64,000 nt of DNA from a bacterium UBP8_UBA817 (lineage in GTDB: Bacteria; Margulisbacteria; Marinamargulisbacteria; CAMDBA01): the NCBI GenBank assembly GCA_945888995.1, contig CAMDBA010000002.1, positions 73,690 through 137,689 on the forward strand, read 5' to 3'. Shown one piece after another: positions 1-9,754 of the stretch (its first letter is position 1; each line of letters opens with the position of its first letter). The translations under genes were made by a program, and so were the position numbers. A model generated the notes under the pieces. It did no database searches, had not been told where the DNA came from, and was given only the letters and a program-made list of their open reading frames with translations.

Positions 1-95
1 CAACCCTATTTTTAAAACCAGAATTGTTACACGAGTTTGTTCCGGATTCAAAGGATCAAACATATTTTGCTCAAATTTTACAGGAGGACTAAATT

Positions 96-446
96 ATGAC
101 ATTACCCCAAATTATCGAAATCGAAAAACAACAGATGAAAGAAAGCGTTCCTGAAATCAGCGTTGGTGATACGGTTAAAATTTCAAGAATGATCGTCGAA
201 GGAAAGAAACAACGCGTTCAGACATCCGAAGGAAGCGTAATTAAAATGCAGCATGCATTTTCTCGTCAAACTGTAACCATTCGTCGTAATGTCGGGGGCG
301 TCGGTCTTGAACAAACTTTCTTGATTCACTCGCCGCTTGTTACTGAAATTAAAGTATTAAAGCGAGGAAAAGTGCGGCGCGCTAAACTGTTTTACTTGCG
401 CGGACGTGTGGGCGCTAAAGCCAACCGTCTTAAAACAAAAGACTAG
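96..446 (+). CDS. rplS: 50S ribosomal protein L19
   Basis: 116 aa; L19-like sequence incl. RRAKLFYLR; AGGAGG RBS ~8 nt upstream of ATG. Confidence 0.85.
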   Translation: MTLPQIIEIEKQQMKESVPEISVGDTVKISRMIVEGKKQRVQTSEGSVIKMQHAFSRQTVTIRRNVGGVGLEQTFLIHSPLVTEIKVLKRGKVRRAKLFYLRGRVGAKANRLKTKD

Positions 447-454
447 CGAGCTGA

Positions 455-1468
455 ATGCTACGAATTGGAATCGCGGGTGCCACCGGTTATGCCGGTATTG
501 AGCTTGTAAGGCTTTTATCAAAGCATCCGCATGTCAAACTTGAGAAGCTTTATTCCAGGCAATATGCGGGTAAAAAGATCAGTCAAGTCTACCCCCATTT
601 AGATGTTTCCACGGTTTTGGAAGGGTTTGATCCTGCTGCCGTAACGGGGTTGGACGTCTTGTTTTTAGCCCTTCCTCATGCACAATCACATGCTTGGATG
701 CCAGCGTTAATAACGGGAAGTGCCAAAATTATCGACTTGTCCGCTGACTTTAGGTTGTCTGACCCCGAAGCTTTTAAAAAATATTATGGGGTAGAGCATC
801 AAGCCCCTCAATTATTGCCCAAAGCAACGCTTGGATTTTCGGAGGTTTATCGGGAGGATATTGCAAAAGCACAATTGTGTGCGAATCCCGGATGTTATTC
901 CACATCGGTTGTATTGGGGCTTCACCCTTTAGCGAAAAACGGATTTCTTAATGACTGTAGTGTAATTGTCGATGCTAAATCAGGTGTTTCCGGCGCAGGA
1001 CGACATTTAAAAGAATCCTCATTATATTGTGAAGCCACTTCAAATCTTAGTGCTTACGGCTTAGCGTCTCACCGGCATGTGCCGGAGATGGAGCGTGCAC
1101 TAAGCTCAACATTTATTTTCTCACCACATTTAGTTCCGATGAGCAGGGGTATTTTATCCAGTATCTATATCGACAATCAGAAAAACCTGACGCAGGATCA
1201 CCTGAACGCGTTTTATCATGAGGCCTATGCTAATGAGCCGTTTATAAAATTAGCACCCGATTTGGACATGCCCAGTACTAAATATGTGACCGGTTCCAAT
1301 CGTTGTATGATCACGGCAAAAGTACTAAAAGAACACGGGAAAATCGTGGTGTTTTCTGCCATTGATAACCTTATAAAGGGGGCCTCTGGACAGGCCATTC
1401 AAAATATGAATATTATGTGTGGGTTTCCAGAAACAACGGGTCTGACAGACAGTCCTTTTTACTTATGA
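455..1468 (+). CDS. argC: N-acetyl-gamma-glutamyl-phosphate reductase
   Basis: 337 aa; N-terminal Rossmann GIAGATGYAG; active-site Cys motif NPGCYSTS; position in arg operon. Confidence 0.9.
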   Translation: MLRIGIAGATGYAGIELVRLLSKHPHVKLEKLYSRQYAGKKISQVYPHLDVSTVLEGFDPAAVTGLDVLFLALPHAQSHAWMPALITGSAKIIDLSADFRLSDPEAFKKYYGVEHQAPQLLPKATLGFSEVYREDIAKAQLCANPGCYSTSVVLGLHPLAKNGFLNDCSVIVDAKSGVSGAGRHLKESSLYCEATSNLSAYGLASHRHVPEMERALSSTFIFSPHLVPMSRGILSSIYIDNQKNLTQDHLNAFYHEAYANEPFIKLAPDLDMPSTKYVTGSNRCMITAKVLKEHGKIVVFSAIDNLIKGASGQAIQNMNIMCGFPETTGLTDSPFYL

Positions 1469-1507
1469 AAATGGACGTATTAACTCGACATAGGGGAGAA
1501 CGCTTAG

Positions 1508-2707
1508 TTGGATGAAGATGTAGTTGCCAAAACCATTACAGATATTGAAGGTGTGTATGCATCCGGACTTCACTGTGGAATAAAACCACGAAAAAAAGAC
1601 CTGGCCTATATCTATATTCCGACTGCATGTGCCTCTGCAGCTGTTTTTACCCGCAATAAATTTGTCGCGCCATGCTTGACGTATACGCGTAAAATGCTGT
1701 CCAAAAACACGGTGAAAGCCATCATTATTAATTCCGGTAATGCAAATGCTCTGACCGGAGATGAGGGGTATAAAAATGCAAAGCAGACTGCAAAATGGGC
1801 GGCTTCCTATCTAAACCTTAAGCAATCCGAAATCGCGGTGGCTTCAACGGGCATTATCGGCGTTCAACTTCCAATGGAAAAAATTGAATCCGGTTTGGCT
1901 CGGCTTCTTGAGACTCCTTTTAAACAAGAAGGCCATATAGCCGCTGAAGCAATTCTGACAACCGATACCTTTACTAAGGAAGTCTATTTCGAAGAAAAAA
2001 TCGGGAAGAAGACCATTGTTGTGGCGGGTATTTCAAAGGGTTCGGGAATGATTGCCCCAAATATGGGTACAACCTTAACCTATTTAGTAACAAATGCTCG
2101 GATAGAAACAGACGAATTAAAGAAGTTTTTAGTCGACGCGATCGATGACTCATTTAATATGACAACGGTTGATTCCGATACTTCTACCAATGATATGGCT
2201 ATGATTTTTTCAACCGGGGAGCGTAAATTTCAGCTGACGTCTAAAGAAGAACGCGATTTGTTCAAAGCCTTGTTATTAAAAGCGTGTATTGAGCTGGCGA
2301 AGATGGTCGCACGGGATGGAGAAGGTGCCTTCAGGCTTCTCGAAGTAGTCGTCAAAAAAGCGGCAAATATCGGTGAGGCCAAACAAATAGCCCTGGATAT
2401 CGCCAATTCACCTTTGGTGAAGACCGCGATTCATGGCGCGGATCCTAATTGGGGGCGTGTTGTAGCCGCTGCAGGAAAGAATCCTAAAAATAAGTTGAAC
2501 CCTGAAAAAGTGGATGTGTTTTTCGGAAACATCCAGGTAATGGCTGCCGGCGCGGTTATTCCTTTTGAAAGAGAAGACGTCATCACGTATTTAAAACAGG
2601 ATTTTGTACAGGTAACAGTAGACCTGAATTTAGGAACCTCTGCTGCGACGGCATGGGGTTGTGATTTGTCTAAAGGATATATCGATATTAATACTAGGTA
2701 TACGTAG
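1508..2707 (+). CDS. argJ: bifunctional glutamate N-acetyltransferase / amino-acid acetyltransferase
   Basis: 399 aa; ArgJ-like throughout, C-terminal ATAWGCDLS...YIDINTRYT; TTG start with GGGGAG RBS upstream. Confidence 0.85.
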   Translation: MDEDVVAKTITDIEGVYASGLHCGIKPRKKDLAYIYIPTACASAAVFTRNKFVAPCLTYTRKMLSKNTVKAIIINSGNANALTGDEGYKNAKQTAKWAASYLNLKQSEIAVASTGIIGVQLPMEKIESGLARLLETPFKQEGHIAAEAILTTDTFTKEVYFEEKIGKKTIVVAGISKGSGMIAPNMGTTLTYLVTNARIETDELKKFLVDAIDDSFNMTTVDSDTSTNDMAMIFSTGERKFQLTSKEERDLFKALLLKACIELAKMVARDGEGAFRLLEVVVKKAANIGEAKQIALDIANSPLVKTAIHGADPNWGRVVAAAGKNPKNKLNPEKVDVFFGNIQVMAAGAVIPFEREDVITYLKQDFVQVTVDLNLGTSAATAWGCDLSKGYIDINTRYT

Positions 2708-2743
2708 GGCATACGCATGATACCTCTACTGGAAGGAGAACCC

Positions 2744-3619
2744 ATGTATCGGGAACGGATTCAAAAAGCGAAGGTTTTGCTTGAGGCATTGCCTTATATA
2801 AAAGAATTTTTTGGCCAGACGATCGTCATTAAATACGGTGGATCGTTGATGGTGAACGAGGAAATGAAAACCCTCTTTGCCGAAGATATTGTCCTGTTGA
2901 AATACGTCGGGATGAACCCGATTATTGTCCATGGCGGTGGAAATGAGATTTCAAAATGGATGACAAAAGTCGGTAAAGAAACTGTTTTTATTGACGGCTT
3001 GCGTTTTACAGACGACGAGACCATGGAAATAACAGAAATGGTGTTGTCCGGAAAAATTAACAGTGAAGTCGTCTCTCTGATTAACCAATATGGCGGCCGT
3101 GCTGTCGGATTGTCCGGAAAAGACGCGAAATTATTTACCGCCAAGAAAATTAAATCAAAAGATGATAAGGATCTTGGATTAGTTGGTGAGATTGAAAGCA
3201 TTGATGTGGATATATTAGATACGTTATGCAGCCGCGGCTATATCCCGGTAATCTCATCTGTCGGATTGAGCAAAAAAGGCGAAAGCTTAAATTTAAATGC
3301 CGATCATGTGGCCTCTGGTGTCGCGCAGGCCATGAAAGCCTTAAAACTTATTTTCCTGACGGATGTCCAGGGCATCATGAAAAAAGGTAAATTGATTAAC
3401 CACCTTGATTTGAAAGAGGCAAAAAAGCTTTTGGAACACCCAGATATCAAAGGCGGCATGTTACCAAAGCTGGAATGCTCGATCGAGGCTATCAAAGGAA
3501 ATGTTGGCAATGTTCATATCATCAACGGCAATATTGAGCATGCGGTTCTTCTGGAAGTTTTTACCGATGTGGGCATCGGAACCATGCTGTCAAAAAAACC
3601 ATTGGATGAGGACATTTAA
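2744..3619 (+). CDS. argB: acetylglutamate kinase
   Basis: ORF track starts at 2717, but GGAAGGAGAA RBS precedes the internal ATG at 2744 (MYRERIQKAKVLLEALPYIKEF, typical ArgB N-terminus); VIKYGG and IVHGGG motifs. Confidence 0.85.
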   Translation: MYRERIQKAKVLLEALPYIKEFFGQTIVIKYGGSLMVNEEMKTLFAEDIVLLKYVGMNPIIVHGGGNEISKWMTKVGKETVFIDGLRFTDDETMEITEMVLSGKINSEVVSLINQYGGRAVGLSGKDAKLFTAKKIKSKDDKDLGLVGEIESIDVDILDTLCSRGYIPVISSVGLSKKGESLNLNADHVASGVAQAMKALKLIFLTDVQGIMKKGKLINHLDLKEAKKLLEHPDIKGGMLPKLECSIEAIKGNVGNVHIINGNIEHAVLLEVFTDVGIGTMLSKKPLDEDI

Positions 3620-4507
3620 GTGACGCGGCATTTTCTGACGCTTCGGGATATATCTGCTGAAGAAATTAATCGGTTATTAACACTTGCCATCGACCTCAAA
3701 GCCAAACAGAAAAAAGGGGTTTCTCAAAGGTTTCTGGACGGTAAATCAGTTGGATTGATTTTTGAAAAACCCTCCAATCGTACCCGTGTGTCTTTTGAAG
3801 TCGGTGTAACCCAATTAGGCGGCCATCCGATTACTATACAAGGATCCGAAATCAAGATGGGGGAGCGTGAGACTGTTGCCGATGTGGCGCGGACGATGTC
3901 GCGTTATGTGGATGCTGTAGCGATTCGTGCATTTTCACATGAGACTGTCGCTGAGTTTGCCGCATTTTCAAGTGTGCCGGTGATTAACGGATTAACGGAC
4001 TTATACCATCCATGCCAGGCATTAGCGGATGTCTTAACAATAAAAGAAAAACTGGGTGCTTTATCCGGGTTACGGATTTGTTATATCGGAGACGGAAACA
4101 ACGTCTGCCGATCGCTTATTCTGGCGGGATCTTTACTCGGATTCACCGTGATCGTGTCGTGTCCTCATGGATATCGGCCTGAAGCGGAATTGCCATACGA
4201 ATATGTCGAAGATCCGGTAGTTGCGGCGAAGTCAGCCGATGTGATCTACACCGATGTGTGGACATCCATGGGGCAGGAAGAAGAATCCGCTATTCGGAAA
4301 CGAGATTTTGCGGCGTACACGGTCACCTCTACTATTATGGCAAATGCCAAACCAACCGTATTATTTATGCATTGTTTGCCTGCGCACCGTGGGGAAGAAG
4401 TGTCGGAAGAGGTATTTGAAAGCCCATCTTCAGTCGTATTTGATCAGGCTGAAAATCGGCTGCATGCCCAAAAAGCTGTTTTAGTAAATTTAATAGGGAA
4501 ACAATAA
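3620..4507 (+). CDS. argF: ornithine carbamoyltransferase
   Basis: 295 aa; STRTR carbamoyl-phosphate motif, HCLPA motif; GTG start immediately after argB stop. Confidence 0.9.
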   Translation: MTRHFLTLRDISAEEINRLLTLAIDLKAKQKKGVSQRFLDGKSVGLIFEKPSNRTRVSFEVGVTQLGGHPITIQGSEIKMGERETVADVARTMSRYVDAVAIRAFSHETVAEFAAFSSVPVINGLTDLYHPCQALADVLTIKEKLGALSGLRICYIGDGNNVCRSLILAGSLLGFTVIVSCPHGYRPEAELPYEYVEDPVVAAKSADVIYTDVWTSMGQEEESAIRKRDFAAYTVTSTIMANAKPTVLFMHCLPAHRGEEVSEEVFESPSSVVFDQAENRLHAQKAVLVNLIGKQ

Positions 4508-5899
4508 ATGTCTACACAAAAATCCGCGAAACTCTGGGGGGGCCGATTTAAGAAATCATTGGATGCGGATGCGGTTCGCTTGAGTTATTCCTATGATGTT
4601 GACAGCCGCTTGTATCGGTATGATATCCGGGTGAATCAGGCTCAGGCCAAAGCACTGTGGGAAGTGGGCATTTTAACGGAAAGCGAATTCGATCAACTTA
4701 CAGAATGTCTTGAAGATATCTTGGTGCGCTTTGAAAATTCGGACTCGGATTTGTTTGCGGGAGATGAAGATATTCACTCGTGTATCGAACGTCTGGTTAC
4801 CCAAAAAGTAGGGGATTTGGGTAAGAAACTACACACCGGAAAATCACGTAATGATCAGGTCATTTGTGATGTTCGTCTTTATCTGAAAGAAGAAATCGGA
4901 CATATTTCGACGCTCCTTCGGGCATTAATGCATGCAATATGGACGCTTGCGAGTCAGAACCAAACTTTAATTATGCCCGGCCTTACCCATTTTCAAACCG
5001 CTCAACCCGTCTTAGTCGCCCATCATCTTCTTGCCTATTTTGAGCAATTTTCCAGAGACCATGACCGATTTTCGGACGTCTTAAAGCGTGTAGACATTTG
5101 TCCTCTCGGCTCGGGTGCGCTGGCCGGTAATAACTATGGATTGGACCGGAATGTCGTGGCCAAACTTTTAGGATTTTCCACCGTTTCGCAAAATAGCATG
5201 GATGCCGTAGGCGATCGAGATTTCCTTCTGGAGTTTTTATCGCATGTTTCAATTACAATGATGCATTTGAGCCGCTTTGCTGAAGAGATGGTGATCTGGA
5301 GTTCTCCTCTGATAGGGTTTATTGAGATCGGAGATGAATTTACGACCGGCAGCTCAATTATGCCACAGAAAAAAAATCCGGATATCGCTGAATTAATCCG
5401 AGGTAAATCCGGCCGTGTCTTAGGTAATCTCGTCTCACTTCACCATATTTTGAAAGCCCTTCCGATGACATACAACCGTGATTTGCAGGAAGATAAAGAA
5501 GGCTTATTCGATAGCATTGATACCGTATCGATCAGTTTGAAGTGTTTTGCTAAGATGCTGGGTTCGATCACTTTTAATTCTCAAGCCCTGACAGCAGCCG
5601 TTAAAAAAGGATATACCCTGGCAACTGAATTGGCCGACTATTTGGCCAAAAAAGGGGTTCCCTTCAGGCAAGCTCATGAAATCACAGGTCAGGTCGTCTT
5701 GTACGCTGTGGATCAGAAAAAACAATTGGAAGAGCTGACTCTCGGGGAATTAACGGTATTTTCAGATGCCATTGATCAGGATATTAACCAGATATTTAAT
5801 TACGAGAAAAGCCTCGAACGAAAAGACGTTTTAGGCGGAACCGCGCCAAATCAGGTTCGCTATCAATTGCAAAAACTAAAGGAGCAGTATAAATGGTAG
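4508..5899 (+). CDS. argH: argininosuccinate lyase
   Basis: 463 aa; fumarate-lyase signature GSSIMPQKKNPD; starts 1 nt after argF stop. Confidence 0.9.
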   Translation: MSTQKSAKLWGGRFKKSLDADAVRLSYSYDVDSRLYRYDIRVNQAQAKALWEVGILTESEFDQLTECLEDILVRFENSDSDLFAGDEDIHSCIERLVTQKVGDLGKKLHTGKSRNDQVICDVRLYLKEEIGHISTLLRALMHAIWTLASQNQTLIMPGLTHFQTAQPVLVAHHLLAYFEQFSRDHDRFSDVLKRVDICPLGSGALAGNNYGLDRNVVAKLLGFSTVSQNSMDAVGDRDFLLEFLSHVSITMMHLSRFAEEMVIWSSPLIGFIEIGDEFTTGSSIMPQKKNPDIAELIRGKSGRVLGNLVSLHHILKALPMTYNRDLQEDKEGLFDSIDTVSISLKCFAKMLGSITFNSQALTAAVKKGYTLATELADYLAKKGVPFRQAHEITGQVVLYAVDQKKQLEELTLGELTVFSDAIDQDINQIFNYEKSLERKDVLGGTAPNQVRYQLQKLKEQYKW

Positions 5900-6303
5900 A
5901 GCAGACATTAATTTTTCTTAAACCGGATGCCGTTCGAAACCGTCTGACCGGCCGTATTATTTCCCGCTTCGAAGATCGGGGATTTAAAATCCGCGGTATG
6001 AGAATGCTGACTTTGACCTCGGAGCTTTCTGACAAGCATTATGCCGAACATATCGATAAACCTTTTTATCCCGGATTAAAAGACTATGTCATGTCAGGTC
6101 CGATTGTGGCCGTCGTTCTTGAAGCTGAGAATGCCGTTTCTGTTGTGCGGCGTATGGTAGGGGATACCGACGCAGGATTGGCTCAGCCGGGTACTATTCG
6201 TGGAGATTTTGCCCTTTTAAAATCCGAAAATGGCATTCATGCCTCAGACAGCCCGGAAAGCGCTCAGCGTGAAATCGCCAATTTTTTTGAATCGCTGGTA
6301 TAA
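5893..6303 (+). CDS. ndk: nucleoside diphosphate kinase
   Basis: 136 aa; NGIHASD active-site His motif; 7-nt overlap with argH stop. Confidence 0.9.
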   Translation: MVEQTLIFLKPDAVRNRLTGRIISRFEDRGFKIRGMRMLTLTSELSDKHYAEHIDKPFYPGLKDYVMSGPIVAVVLEAENAVSVVRRMVGDTDAGLAQPGTIRGDFALLKSENGIHASDSPESAQREIANFFESLV

Positions 6304-6349
6304 GTTTCTTCTCAAAACGTTTAAATTTGTTTAGTCAGGAGAGCCGATC

Positions 6350-7855
6350 ATGATCTTTTCAATTAAAAAAGTGGATGTATTTAGTCAACAAACCGATGTT
6401 TTGGTAGCACCTGTATTTAAAAACGAAAGCCTTTTATCTTCCGATTTAAGAGTGCTGGATCGATTATTGGAAGGGAAGCTGTCGGAGCTTTTTGACGAAA
6501 AAACATTGACCGGAAAAGATAATGAAGTCGTGGTTATCCATGGATTTGGTGAATTAAAAGCCAAACGTCTTCTATTAGTCGGACTGGGCGAACGATCTGC
6601 TTTGACCTGTGAGAAATTACGTAAAGCAGCAGGTGAAATCGTGAGAAGAGCTAAAGGAGCAAAGGCAAAAAAAGTGGTCTGGTTATGGGATATCGGAACT
6701 CTTGATGCTGCAGATACTACGCAGGCCGTGGCCGAAGGCGCAGTCATGGGCGGATATACTTTTGACTGCTATAAAACCAAACCTGAAAAAAATGAAAAAC
6801 CCACCAAGATTAAAGAAATAGTATTAGCGGTACCTGATTCAGAACATATTTCTGCCATGGAATCGGCAGTTATAACCGGCCTGGTCATTGGGGAATCGGT
6901 TAACATCGCACGTGATTTAGCCAATATGCCGCCGAACGACTTAACCCCATCAGCGTTTGTAGATCTGGCCAAAAAATATCTGGATGGACAAAAATCGATT
7001 ATGATTGACGTTATTGATAAAAAGAAAGCAAAAGCTTTAGGAATGCACGCATTTTTAGGCGTAGGTCAGGGCACTGTCGAACCTTGTTATATGCTGGCGG
7101 TTTCCTATCATCCTATGAAAAATAAAAAGCCCATCGGGCTTGTGGGGAAAGGCGTCACATTTGATACCGGAGGTATTTCCATAAAGCCGTCAAAAGGAAT
7201 GGAAGAAATGAAAGGCGATATGAGTGGAGCAGCAGCAGTTCTGGGTACGGTGATCGCCTTGTCAAAGCTTAAAGTTCAGACCAATGTCTTAGCTGTAATG
7301 CCTTTGAGTGAGAATATGCCCTCCGGTTCTGCACAGCGTCCCGGTGATATCGTCGCTGCAATGAATGGGAAAACGATTGAGATTACCAACACCGATGCGG
7401 AAGGTAGACTGATTTTGGCCGATGCGCTATGTTATGCCGTTACTAAGGGGTGCTCTCAGTTAGTCGATATTGCGACTCTGACAGGTGCATGTCTGGTTGC
7501 CTTAGGAGATCAGGCAGCGGCAATACTCGGGTCTGATCAGGGCATGATTGATACCTTTCTAAAGGTTGGGGAGCGGACCGGCGAGCGTTTATGGCAATTG
7601 CCACTTTATGAAGAATATTTTGACTATATTAAATCGGATTCTGCGGATATGGTGAATTCATCCGAAAACCGGCTGGCAGGCACCGCCGTAGGTGCAATAT
7701 TCCTGAAGCAATTTGTCGGGGATACGCCGTGGGTGCACCTTGATATTGCCAGTATGATGCACTATTCCAAAGTATCCGGTTATACGGTCAAAGGGATGTC
7801 GGGTGTGGGGGTTCGGACCCTCGTTGGATATTGTCGCCAACAGTCTGGGCTTTAA
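6350..7855 (+). CDS. pepA: leucyl aminopeptidase (M17)
   Basis: 501 aa; NTDAEGRL signature and M17 catalytic core. Confidence 0.88.
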   Translation: MIFSIKKVDVFSQQTDVLVAPVFKNESLLSSDLRVLDRLLEGKLSELFDEKTLTGKDNEVVVIHGFGELKAKRLLLVGLGERSALTCEKLRKAAGEIVRRAKGAKAKKVVWLWDIGTLDAADTTQAVAEGAVMGGYTFDCYKTKPEKNEKPTKIKEIVLAVPDSEHISAMESAVITGLVIGESVNIARDLANMPPNDLTPSAFVDLAKKYLDGQKSIMIDVIDKKKAKALGMHAFLGVGQGTVEPCYMLAVSYHPMKNKKPIGLVGKGVTFDTGGISIKPSKGMEEMKGDMSGAAAVLGTVIALSKLKVQTNVLAVMPLSENMPSGSAQRPGDIVAAMNGKTIEITNTDAEGRLILADALCYAVTKGCSQLVDIATLTGACLVALGDQAAAILGSDQGMIDTFLKVGERTGERLWQLPLYEEYFDYIKSDSADMVNSSENRLAGTAVGAIFLKQFVGDTPWVHLDIASMMHYSKVSGYTVKGMSGVGVRTLVGYCRQQSGL

Positions 7856-9563
7856 ACCGGGTTTTACCCTTATGCTCGAATTTGAGCATCGGAACACCGG
7901 GCAGATATTCTTCCTGAGAAACAGCCGTGATACGCCGTAACGCATACAAAATGACGCCAATTTTTTTTGCTTGCTCGGCAATAATCCGGCTTACCCAAAC
8001 AAGTTTCGGGTCCAGATTGGCTTCCTGAGTGAGCTGTTGGGCGCCGAGAAGGATCGACGTGAGAGGTGAGTTAATCTCGTGATTGAGGGTAATGACGGTT
8101 TTAGTGACGGCGGCGAGTTTAAGCGTTTCTTCGATTTCTTTTACTTGTTGGGCAACCCGTTTTTCAAGAGTTTGGAGTAATTCTTTATTTTCCTGGTTGA
8201 GTTGTTGAAGGTGTTCAAACACCCGTACCCGTTCATACACGACCGTAATATGAGAGGCCAGTGTTTCGAGCAGCGTAATATCCTGTAGTGAATAGGCGTC
8301 CCCCGAATATTTTTTTTCTAGCGCCAGGAAGCAGAGTAGCTGGTTTTCCAAAATACCTGGAACAGCCAGTGAAATACGATTTTCTTTCAAATATTCTCTC
8401 AATGTACAATCGAATTCGGAGGATAGAATCACTTTCTTTTCGGAGAGTAAACGCGAAACCAATGGATCAGACTCATCCAACGTATCAGGCAGAGCGATAG
8501 ACGAACCGACATTTTTGCCCGCAAGATAGAAATTCTGAGATACAAAATGAGATCTCCGGTCTTCGACATAAAGGACAAGCGGCATCTCTAGCTCTTTTCT
8601 AAACAAGTCTAATAGGACATCGAGAAGATCCGCCAGGCTGACGCAGCCCGTTAAGCGGTGAGAGACTTTTTTTAAGACTTCCTGATAGTTATACCGGCCT
8701 TTCAAAAAGAGACTATCTGAGCTGGTTTGAATAACATATCGCACTTTTTGAAACGTTAAGATGATAACTGACGTATATAAAATCTGGAATAATAAAAATA
8801 GTGCGTCTGATCTGCGGCTCGAAAATTGATGGAAAATATATACCGACGAAAAGCTGATAAAGATATAAAAAGCGGCTGTTGTGGCCAATGCGACACTTCG
8901 GCTGATCATGATGGGGATTTCTACAAGCCGGTGCCGTGTAATAGCGATAAATGTGGTAATGACTAAAAACGATGTGAATAGCGGACTGAATTGATCAAAT
9001 TCCGTATATCCCACCATCGGCAAAATGATGCTTGCCGCAGCACATGAAAATCCTGACAAAATCGTGCCGGCTATAAAGTATTGAAGACGCATCGCATAAA
9101 TTCCCCGGTGCAATCTAATCTGTGCCATGGCTACTCCAACGATACCGGCAACGTAAGAAAGGAAATAAACCGCAAATATAGGACACCCGATCCCATAAGC
9201 TGTAGTAGAAAATGTCGGCGCGCTTTGAACAATGGCAGGTGTAACCGAAAGCCCGATCATCCAGATAGGGGGAATCCAAATGAGTCCTAATATCCACCCA
9301 TTGAGCCCGCTAAATTTTCTAGGATAAAAAAGTGCGAACATCAGAATGAATGGCGGAATAATACTTGCGATTACAAATGAAACTCTCGTCCAAAACAGGA
9401 TATTGGTAGAATTGTGGACCAGATAGACGGACGCAATCCACGCGGCAATTCCAAGCGCACCCAGAAAAAAAGAAATGTTGGCGGGATTGGTTCTGTGTTT
9501 ATAAAAAATAAGCCAACCAAGTAGACAATTGGCCGCGATTAAAAATAAATAGATATAGATCAT
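7788..9563 (-). CDS. multi-pass membrane sensor protein with GAF domain and histidine-kinase DHp/H-box but no HATPase_c domain
   Basis: 591 aa; ~8 predicted TM helices in first ~300 aa; central GAF-like region; C-terminal H-box LNHEINSPLTSI followed by only ~95 aa (two-helix DHp), no N/G1/F/G2 boxes; C-terminal 68 nt overlap the 3' end of pepA on the opposite strand. Confidence 0.6.
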   Translation of the reverse strand: MIYIYLFLIAANCLLGWLIFYKHRTNPANISFFLGALGIAAWIASVYLVHNSTNILFWTRVSFVIASIIPPFILMFALFYPRKFSGLNGWILGLIWIPPIWMIGLSVTPAIVQSAPTFSTTAYGIGCPIFAVYFLSYVAGIVGVAMAQIRLHRGIYAMRLQYFIAGTILSGFSCAAASIILPMVGYTEFDQFSPLFTSFLVITTFIAITRHRLVEIPIMISRSVALATTAAFYIFISFSSVYIFHQFSSRRSDALFLLFQILYTSVIILTFQKVRYVIQTSSDSLFLKGRYNYQEVLKKVSHRLTGCVSLADLLDVLLDLFRKELEMPLVLYVEDRRSHFVSQNFYLAGKNVGSSIALPDTLDESDPLVSRLLSEKKVILSSEFDCTLREYLKENRISLAVPGILENQLLCFLALEKKYSGDAYSLQDITLLETLASHITVVYERVRVFEHLQQLNQENKELLQTLEKRVAQQVKEIEETLKLAAVTKTVITLNHEINSPLTSILLGAQQLTQEANLDPKLVWVSRIIAEQAKKIGVILYALRRITAVSQEEYLPGVPMLKFEHKGKTRFKAQTVGDNIQRGSEPPHPTSL

Positions 9564-9754
9564 AAGTTATATTAAAGGGCCATAGTGAAAAATGAATATA
9601 TTGATACTATTATATCCTTTTTTTTCACAATTCGGATGGGTCATTTCATCGGTATAAAAAGGCCCGGTTTGCATCAAGAATGATCGATGTTTAAGGCGGA
9701 CTTATAAAGGGTAATTAGTTAAGAGCGATATCTTGTATAAAAGGTGGGGTGGGA

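Noticed and set aside
2431-5725. Numerous 60-135-aa ORFs antisense to or overlapping argJ/argB/argF/argH (e.g. 2794..3201, 4254..4484, 4983..5252)
   Set aside because: They lie entirely within well-supported conserved genes, have low-complexity or biased composition and lack RBS. The same reasoning applies to the analogous antisense ORFs listed throughout the track.
7658-7981. Possible HATPase_c remnant for the DHp-only kinase in ORFs antisense to the pepA 3' end
   Set aside because: The 107-aa antisense ORF (MPSKQKKLASF...) has no N, G1, F or G2 box-like sequence. It is spurious antisense to pepA.
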